Assembly: GCA_951406725.2 (NCBI GenBank)
Contig: OX597818.1
Coordinates: 94,178,001-94,242,000 of the forward strand
Direction: 5' to 3'
DNA from: Octopus vulgaris
Lineage: Eukaryota
DNA: 64,000 nt
Shown here: one piece after another, positions 54,753 through 64,000 of the stretch
Numbering within the stretch: position 1 is the first letter of the stretch
Layout of the letters: each line of letters starts with the position of its first letter
Position numbers and translations under genes: made by a program
The notes under the pieces: generated by a model
Told to the model about the DNA's origin: nothing
What the model saw: only the letters and a program-made list of their open reading frames with translations
The model's database searches: none

Positions 54753-55679
54753 ACATACAATGGGCTTCTTTCAGTTTCTGTATAGTAAATCCACTCACAA
54801 AGCTTTAGTTGGCACAGTAGAAGACTGCATGACCCAAGATACCATGCAGTGGGACTGAACCTGGAACCATGTGGTTGGGAAGCAAGCTTCTTACCATACA
54901 ACTACGCCTGCACCTCTGCATGTATGTATATATGTTTGTACGTGTATGTATATGTGTATATGTATATGTGTATATATGCATATATGTGTATGTGTATATG
55001 TGTATATATATACATGTGTGTGTATGCGTGCTTGAGTTGTCTTGTCTTGATAATGTACAGTAATTGCAAACGAGCATCACTATCATAGAAATAGTGTTGT
55101 TTGTTTCCAATCTATCATGAAAACATGTCCAGCTAAGAGGAATGAAAACAAGTGAAGGTTGTTGACAGGAAGGGTTTCCAGTCATAGAAAATTTGCCCAA
55201 ATGAATTGAGACTGATAGTGGATACTCAAACAATTAGGATGATGAAGAAGAACTACAGTTTTTAATGCTCTAGCATCGCCTTAGTAGGTTTAACTTTAGT
55301 GAGGAATCTGTAAGGTGTGGTATTACTTTTGAGCAGAATCTTCCAAACATTAGTATTTATGATGGAGACAGTCCAATGTTAGCAGGTATGCTTTTATATG
55401 TTTAGCTAAACCATTTGATTGTACTTTGAGCTAGAATTGTGTGGTGAATAATCTATTATTTGATTAAATTATAAATTCAAGCCTAATAAATTACTGAGTC
55501 ATCGTCTGGAAGAGGTTTTATAATGCATAACAAGTTATATATTATATTTAGAGACTGCATGCTATCTAGCCACATGATTCTAGGTTCAATCACACTGTGT
55601 GGCACCTTGAGCAAGTATCTCCTGTTATATCCCTGGGTCAACCAAAGCCTTATGAATGGATATGGTAGACAGAAACTGA

Positions 55680-55902
55680 GCTGGCAGAATCATTAGCACG
55701 CCGGGCGAAATGCTTAGCAGTATTTTGTCTGCCACTATGTTCTGAGTTCAAATTCTGCCAAGGTCGACTTTGCCTTTCCTCCTTTCAGGGTTGATTAAAT
55801 AAGTACCAGTTATGCACTGGTGTCGATATAATCGACTTAATCCGTTTGTCTGTCCTTGTTTGTCCCTTCTGCGTGTAGCCCCTTGTGAACAGTAAAGAAA
55901 TA
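55680..55902 (+). mobile_element. SINE family B inserted in an old family A-like copy
   Basis: 9-bp TSD agaaactga. Confidence 0.85.
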
Positions 55903-57414
55903 AGAAACTGAAAGAAGTCTGCTGTGTGCATTTATGAAGGTGGTGTTATTGTCTCCTTGTCTTGACATCATGTGATAGTTGTAAATGAATGTTGCCATCA
56001 TGTAAGCAGTGTTCTTCATTCCTAATCTTCTGTGAATAAAAATCTGGTTATGGGAAAACTAGCTGAAGGTGACCCGCTCTACGCGCGGGTAAGAGTGTGG
56101 GTGTTACTTTCTGTTGCTTCCTTTCAGCACGTAAAAAGCACCATCCGAACGTGGCCGATTGCAGCACCGCCTTGACTTGCTTCTGTGCCGGTGGCATGTA
56201 AAAAGCACCAACCGATCGTTGCCACTGCGAGAACCCCTGGCACCAGTGCCGGCGGCACGAAAAAAGCACTCACTACACTCACAGAGTGGTTGGCGTTAAG
56301 GAAGGTCATCCACCTGTAGAAACACTGCCAGATCAGACTGGAGCCTGGTGCAGCCTCCTGGCTTCCGAGACCCCGGTCACACTGCCCAACCCGTGCTAGC
56401 ACGGAAAACGGACGTTAAACGATGATGATGATGATGATTCTCCGTATTTGTTTCTCTCTCACTTTCCCACTCTCTTACTTTTCTTTTCTCTCGGACTCTC
56501 CCTCGCTTTCTCTTACTCTCTATCTTTATCTATCTCTCTCCAACAGAAGATCTTGAGTAAGTTGAGAAATAAAATATTTAGAAAGATCAATCAGAAATAT
56601 GAGGCAGTGGCAATGGAAAGGTCTGCTTCAAGGCAGACAGCAAAACACTAACATTTAAAAGGGACAGACGAACTTGCGAGCTGAATAAAAATAATAAAAT
56701 ATTGGAAACCAAAGTTTGAAGGGATAGAATCTGAGGATAGTAGAGTCACCATGGCTGGCATTTGTTAACGACAGACAGCAACGTAGTGACAGTTTAACAG
56801 CTGGCGTAAAATTTGGAACTTGATGTAAAAGAAAATTCGTAAACACCAAGTTTTGAAGCGATTCTTTCTCACGACAGTAGACTCACCATGGCAAGCATTC
56901 AAAACTTCTTTATCATGGACGGCAACACATTGACGATTAAAAGGCTGGCACAAATTTTTTAGCTTGATGTAACAGAGAATTCCTAAACACCCGCTCCTTG
57001 AAATTTTAATCCCCTTCCAGCCCCATTTAGACCCCTTTTCACATTTTGGTTAATATAACCCGATTTCATTCGGGTCTACTGGGGCCACATTTTATAAGAT
57101 GAGGAATTTTGTCCTGGAGGTGACGCCTTTCATTTGAGGAACAAAATAGTTGTCATGCAAACTTGTCAGCACCGTTAACATAGGTGTGCATATTTTGAGC
57201 TGAATCGACCGACTACGTAATGCACACATTATATATATATGTGTATATATATATGTGTGTGTGTGTGTGTGCACGCATTATATATACAAATGTATACAAA
57301 TGAGATATATATCTGTATAAATTAAATTAGAGATAAAACCACTAATAGGCAAATCAAACAGTGAAAAACCAAAAACAAAAACATAAAAAAAGAAAATATA
57401 ACATAGAAAATATA

Positions 57415-58429
57415 TCTATATATATAAAACTGTAGTTGTGTGAATGTGTGTCCCCTTCGATTTAGATTCCTAACTACTCCCACATTTTGCGATACAGTTT
57501 AACCAAATTCGGGTATCTTATAGTCGTGATTCATATCGAGCCCGTCTGGGTATTAGCGCGCGTCTACGATGAGTCTACGATTTTAAAAATAATTTAACAT
57601 CATTTTTTATTCCATTTTAATGCATATTTATTCGTGTGTCGATGGCGGCGGAGTTGGCGTGCACGCTCACGCCTGCACCTGTGTTGCTTCTCCCCCTTCT
57701 TCCCTCCCTCGTGAAGCTGTGGGGAAGGGAGTGTAAGGAAATCAACGTCGTAATGCGTTGTCAAGGAGACCAGCGTTCTTTTAGAACAACGACTTCATGG
57801 CTTGAAGTCGCCAAAACAGAAATCGCTAAAAAAGCTGAAACGGATCCACAAAAACGGCAAAAACTGCCACACAGGGCAGGTTTCCTATGCAAACAATTTG
57901 CACAACCGAATGTTTTAGTTGTTGCACAAATTTTTATATATAAAAGTAAGGTTGTGTGTCTGTCTCCTACGATTTAGATTCCTAACTACTCCCACATTTT
58001 GCAGTGCAGTGTAACCAAAACCGGGTATCTTATAGTCGTGATTCATATCGAGCCCTTCTGGGTATTAGCGCGCGTCTACGATGAGTCCACGATTTAAAAA
58101 AAAATTTACCATCATTTTTTATTCCATTTTAATGCATTTTTCGCAATTATATAAGGAAAGTAACTCTCTAAAAATGTCTACGATGAGTCAACGATTAAAA
58201 AAAAATTACCATCATTTTTTATTCCATTTTAATGCATTTTTCGCTATTATATAAGGGAAGTAACTCTCTAAAAATGTCTACGATGAGTCAACGATTTAAA
58301 AAAAAATTTACTATAATTTTTTATTCCATTTTTAATGCATTTTTTGCTATTTTTTTGCTATAACTCACTAAAAATGCTTATATAGTTATTTCCCTTACAA
58401 ACCCGAGCAACGCCGGGCGATACTGCTAG
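57415..58429 (+). mobile_element. Complete non-autonomous Helitron with internal repeat of its 5' end and three ~100-bp tandem subrepeats
   Basis: A|TCtatatatataaaac ... hairpin cccgagcaacgccggg ... CTAG|T, no TSD; 5' module repeated from ~57935; subrepeats at ~58074, 58176 and 58276. Confidence 0.9.
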
Positions 58430-58643
58430 TAAAATATAAAATTGAAAACTTTAAATTATTTAAATTGAAAATAAAAATTATTAAATTATATTTATAATTT
58501 GTTTAAAAATATATATAACTATGAAAAAGTTTAATATACATAAATACAGATATATACGCTTTGTATATATACATTATATATACATATTTATATATAGAAC
58601 ACACACACACACACATACATTATATATACATATTTATATATAG

Positions 58644-58679
<36 letters not shown>

Positions 58680-59081
58680 AATGAACGCAAGAATATCTGA
58701 TTCATAATATTTGTTCTCAAGCTCATGTGTTGTTTGTTGGTGACAGACATACTTAAAAGAACGTCGCCGAAGTGATAGGAAGGTAGGAAACAGAGTCAGT
58801 GAAAAAGAAAGGAAATAGCGATAGTGACAGATACTTTAAATAACCGTAGTGGACTTCTGAAGGTTATGAAGAGGAGTGACAGAGTACTGGAGGAAATAGG
58901 GTGAGGTAGGAAGATGGCCCCTAGCAACCACACCTTTTAAGATAGAGATTTCTAAGGTAGCCCACGCGCATCGTCACCTCATTCTACATGTCCCTGTAAA
59001 TTTTGGAGCGAATCGGACGGGATGTAGTGGCATTGAAAGCGATCCAAGCGGTAAAAACGCATTTCAGTTTTATATATAGAG
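58680..59081 (-). mobile_element. Possible Helitron-like fragment (5' end TCtctatatataaaactg)
   Basis: Only the 5'-end motif and CpG-richer body; no 3' hairpin or CTAG seen. Confidence 0.35.
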
Positions 59082-59235
59082 ATGATGTCTTGCTTGGAAA
59101 CAGTTGAAGGTTGGTGATGGGAAGGGCAACTGGGTGGAGAAATTTTTTGGTAGAATGGTGTATTTAATCTCACTGAAAAGACCTAAAAAATCAAAAACTG
59201 CTGTTATATACATATATATATATATACACATATAC

Positions 59236-59266
<31 letters not shown>

Positions 59267-59281
59267 CATATATATATATAC

Positions 59282-59341
<60 letters not shown>

Positions 59342-60280
59342 CATTGTCATTGTTGTCGTCATCATTATTATTATTTAGCACCTGTTTTACATGCTGGCAT
59401 GGATCAGACAGTTTGAAAGGATCTGGCAAACTGCAGGGCTGCAACAAGCCCCAGTGTCGACTTTGGCATGGTTTCTATGACTTGATGCCCTTCTCAATAC
59501 CAATCACTTTACAGTGTGTACTAGGTATTTTTCTCATGCTACTTGTAGTAATGAGGTTGCCAAGTCTCTCGCAAGACACATAAAGTGCAGGAAAAGGAAA
59601 AAGAAAAGAAAAATGCCCCCTCTACTAAGTGAGGGGAAGTACTTGAGAAAGATGTTGGTGACTTTATGCCAGAAGTTGAGGGTTAAAGTATAATAGAGGG
59701 ACAAGGTGTCTTACTCTAGAGAAGTTAAATAACCACCCAGTGTTTTATAAGGGTGGGTGTATCTGGGAAGAAGATTAGAAGGTAGCAAGGGGATGCCAGA
59801 GCAAACCCTCAAAGTACAAGAAGGTGAGCATAAAAGGGAATACAAACAGTAAATTAAAGTGGGGAGAAAAGGGAGTAGTTTCATAAGAGTAAGAAGGGAG
59901 AGTGACAGATAATTGGCAATGAGATAGATGTGAATGTAGTATGTCATGAATAAGAATAGGATGAAGTTAGTAAAATAATTTTGTTGTTTTGAAGCTGGTG
60001 CTTGGAACATAATTTGAAATTTTTATGGAAGTTTTTAATATAGCTCTTTTTAAAGCAAGTCGTTTATATCAAAGAACAGAGCCAATCTCAGTTAGGTTAG
60101 TATGAAAAGGCTTAGAGATGTAATATTCTTCAGGCTACAAAATTTTAGGCTCTTGGCTGTGTTGGTGTAGAGATCATACCATCTCAGCTAAGCGATGAAT
60201 TGATATCTAATATTTTAGTTTCATCTAGTTTTTTTAGTAAGCAATCAGGAACCAATACAGGTCCTATTTCTAATAGTTCT

Positions 60281-60508
60281 TATTTCTTTACTGCCCACAA
60301 GGGGCTACACACAGAGGGGACAAACAAGGACAGACAAATGGATTAAGTTGATTATATCAATCCCAGTGGTACTTATTTAATCGACCCCGAAAGGATGAAA
60401 GACAAAGTCAACCTCGGCGGAATTTGAACTCAGAATGTAGTGGCAAACGAAATACTGCTCAGCATTTGGCCTGACATGCTAATGTTCCTGCCATCTCATT
60501 GCCTTTTT
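60281..60508 (-). mobile_element. SINE family B
   Basis: 10-bp TSD taatagttct. Confidence 0.85.
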
Positions 60509-60859
60509 TAATAGTTCTGTCATCAGTTGCACATTAGTATGGACTGTGACAATGTTTTATTGAGAAAGTTTATGATAAGAAACCAGAGTTAAGTACCAGT
60601 CATTATCCTCATGAATGTTAAAAACATTATCACTTTAAAATCTGTTTTTTCATGCTTGTGTGATTCAACAGAGTTTAACGAGGCAGATTTTCTCCAGTCA
60701 GGTGCCCTCTCTATCATTAACCCTCACCTGTTTCCAAGCAAGATAATATTTCCCCACGGACAGACATGTTCTTACAGAATATTAGAAATATATGACATTT
60801 AGAAGTATAATGCAACATCAAGACAAGGACGGACACACACATGCATGTACGCATGCACG

Positions 60860-60919
<60 letters not shown>

Positions 60920-61132
60920 ATTGTAATTATCTGGAACGAAATCCTATGATTTAATACACAAATAATATAGAATGACACAGAAATGATGAGTGGTATAAGA
61001 ATTATATGGAATGGTACTAAAATCATATTGAATGGTTTGTAGATAATATGGACGAGTACAGAAATCATATGAAAAGGTAGAGTTTATATGTAATGGTATA
61101 GGAGGTATATGCAATAGTACAAGGCTTGTATG

Positions 61133-61425
61133 TTTATTCCTTCTCAAGCCATGCCTGTCTCATAAGGGCTGGTTTCCTGGTTTCCTTGGTGTATAGGTTC
61201 CCCACCTGGACGGTCTGTTGCAGGTGAGCTGCTAGATGCAGGAGGAAAGAGTGAGAGAAAGTTGTGGCGAAAGAGTCAGCAGAAGTTTGCCATTACCTTC
61301 TGCCAGCACTGCATGGAGCTTAGATGTTTTGCTCGTAAACACTCACATTGCCCGGTCTGAGATTCGAACCTGCGATCCCTCAACCGCGAGTCCACTGCTA
61401 TAAGCACTAGGCCATGTGCCTCCAC
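61133..61425 (-). mobile_element. SINE family C-related (tail type 4) inserted in a degenerate atatggaatggtac minisatellite
   Basis: TSD acaaggcttgtatg. Confidence 0.9.
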
Positions 61426-62047
61426 AAGGCTTGTATGGAATGATACTGGAATTACTTGAAATGGTACAGGAATTATAGTGCTATATGGAATGGCTCATAA
61501 ATTATAAGGAATAGTAGAGGGATGATATGGAATTGTAGAGAAATTAGATGGAATAGTACAAGAATGGAATTTCCCCCACCCCCAATATTAAGCTTAATAC
61601 AAAACAATATCAAAAGCATTAAACATATTTCCCAATGTTTACAGAGTCATGTGACTGTGTCACATGACTTATGAGTGTCTGACAGTTTATTGATTTGAAT
61701 ATTAAAACTTCACACTTGGAAATTATGCAGCAGACATTAACAGCAAATAAACTAATGAAAACTATGAAGTTTTTATTGAGATTCATCAGTCATGCTCTGA
61801 CAGTTCTGTTGAAAATTGGTGGAGCATAGAATTGATTATAAAGATTCTGTTCTGGGAGTATCAGCTACAATATATTGAGAGTATGTCAATCTGATGGAAC
61901 TTACTCATTTCATGCTGTACTTCTGGCAGAATTAGAACACAGAATTGCGGAGCTAACCAACAAAATATTTATCAATAAAACTGGGTTGACACTGATTTCA
62001 AATGTCAACTCTGCATACACACATGCATACACACATGAATGAGCATG

Positions 62048-62082
<35 letters not shown>

Positions 62083-62558
62083 TTTTATTTATAGTCAGGT
62101 GAATTGTACCTCCACGCTACACCTACTTACGGATAGATGGGTAGTGTCTCCACATTATCAATTTGCATCTAAGTAAATTGTACCCCACCACCACCACCAC
62201 CACCACTGCCACCATGATTTCTAGATAAATTATGATTCATTTAGGCATGGTATGGCCCTGAGGTTAAGGATTTCACTTCCCAACCACATAGCTTTGAGTT
62301 CAATCCCACTGTGTTGGTACCTTGGGCAAGTTTCTTCTACTATTGCCCCTGGTAGTCCAAAGTCTTGTGAGTGAATTTGCTAGATAGAAGCCTATCATAT
62401 ATATTCTGGGTATTCAGGCTAAATTTGGCAACTTTTTATGTCTCCTTTTTTTTAGAAACAGCTTGATGTATTGACCAATGACTTTGGAGACCATAAAGGT
62501 TAAATTGTTTACATTATTTATATTTGAGAGATATTTGTCCTCATCTTGTCTATTGTAA

Positions 62559-62602
62559 ACACAACGTTTCGGCTGATATACCCTCCAGCCTTCATCATGT
62601 GT
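62559..62602 (-). ncRNA. Hammerhead relic (C3A)
   Basis: acac-AUGAUGA-A-GGCUG-gaggguauau-CAGCC-GAAAC-GUU-gugu. Confidence 0.6.
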
Positions 62603-62672
62603 CTTGGGGAAATTTTGAACCTGGGTTCTCATTCCTAAGCTATTTTTCGATGTTGCTGTTATTATTATTATT

Positions 62673-64000
62673 CAGTAGTTTTATTTTTATAGCGTGCTTT
62701 CACTTCACTACCGAGCGCAGCTCTGTGTGCCTTGGGTATGTGCTGTGATTTGTTGTGATGCTCTGATGGTTATTGTATGGAAAGTGTTCTGCGTAGGATG
62801 TGTGCAGTGCCTAGTAGTGCAATTTTCTGTATGTTATATGTGTTTGTAAGTCCTGGTGTTTTTGTTATGTATTTGTCTGAATATTTTTTTATCATGCCTA
62901 ATGCACCTACTATGATAGGAATTGTTTCTGTTTTCAGATTCCACATTCTAGTTACCTCTATTTCCAGGTCTTTGTATTTTGAGAGTTTCTCTATTTCTTT
63001 TAGAGACACGTTGTCATCAGCCGGTATTGATACATCAATTAGAAAGCATTTTTTTCTTCATGATCTCTGACAACTATATCTGGTCTGTTGGCCTTAATTT
63101 CTCTATCTGTGTGTATCGGCATATCCCAGAGTATGGTTGCTTTCTCGTTTTCTGTGACCTTTTCTGGTGTGTGCCTATACCATCTTTTTTCTGTTGTTAT
63201 TCCATAATGTTGGCATAGCTTCCAATGTATGTAGGTTCCAACTCTGTCATGTCTGTGAATATATTCCTTCTTAGCCAGGACTGGGCAGCTAGAGATAATA
63301 TGATTTATTGTTTCTTGTCCATCTCCACATATTCTGCAGTTACTTGTAATATTTCTTTTCATTACATGTTTTTGGTAATTTCTGGTGGGGAGGCTTTGGT
63401 CTTGTGCTGCAGTTAAAAATCCCTCTGTTTCTGCTTTGAGTCCTGAGCTTCTCAACCATTGCTGGGATTTTTCTTTGTCTATTTCTTTTGCGTTTAGTTT
63501 AGTCCAGTATTTACCATGAAGGGGCTTTTCTTGCCATCGTTTTATCATGGTTCGTTGCTGTTCTATTTTTAGTTTGGATTTCATTTGTTTTATAGCTTTT
63601 GTTGTTTCTTCATCATCTTCTTCTTCTTCTTCGTGTTTATTAGGTGGTATGATTTCTTGTTTGTAATTGTCAGCTTCCTTAAATACTGAGAACAGTTTTT
63701 TGTTTTGCTCGTGTTTTACTGCTATTTGTATCAGTTTTCCTTCCTTCTGAAGTAGATATTTTTGCAGTCCTATGGTGGTTATTTTATAGTAGTTTTCCAG
63801 CTGTATAAGGCCTCTACCACCTTCTATACGTTGTATATATAGTCTTTCTATGTCAGATTTTGGGTGATGCATCCTAGATCCTGTCATTATTTTTCTTGTT
63901 TTCCTATCTATTTTGGTCAGTTCATTTCGTGTCCAGTTAAGGATATTGTAGCTGTAACTTATAACTGGGACAGCTAAAGTGTTGATACCTATTATCTTGT
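62673..64000 (-). mobile_element. R4/Dong-like non-LTR retrotransposon, 3' part (RT thumb, CCHC knuckle, restriction-like endonuclease); continues beyond the window
   Basis: CRICGDGQETINHIISSC, RHDRV, NRPDIVV..LIDVSIP..D..EKLSKY, IPIIVGALG; a single frameshift near 63045; 3' end abuts (TAA)n. Confidence 0.9.

Overview
AT-rich, microsatellite-dense animal (not prokaryotic) DNA. The repeat content is most consistent with an intron or intergenic stretch of an octopus/cephalopod genome (inference from SINE look and composition, not verified). No intact host gene is recognisable; almost all ORFs in the track are translations of (TA)n/(TG)n/(TACA)n repeats or SINEs. Recognisable contents: two decayed mariner elements, one carrying a near-perfect 607-bp inverted duplication; a full-length decayed Tc1-type element with IR/DR ends; two copies of a non-autonomous Helitron; piggyBac-, hAT- and foldback-type MITEs; RTE and R4/Dong-type LINE pieces; three Penelope-like (GIY-YIG) relics; and many copies of at least three tRNA-derived SINE families, many with clear TSDs. 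The most notable signals are: (1) about nine type I hammerhead ribozyme (HHR) motifs, three with an intact core; (2) a 2.45-kb element with Penelope-style direct plus inverted terminal repeats and an HHR that encodes only a gag/ORF1-like zinc-knuckle protein and no RT; (3) four local template-switch rearrangements, including a Helitron holding a copy of its neighbouring DNA. All coordinates and alignments were read by eye and may be off by a few bases.
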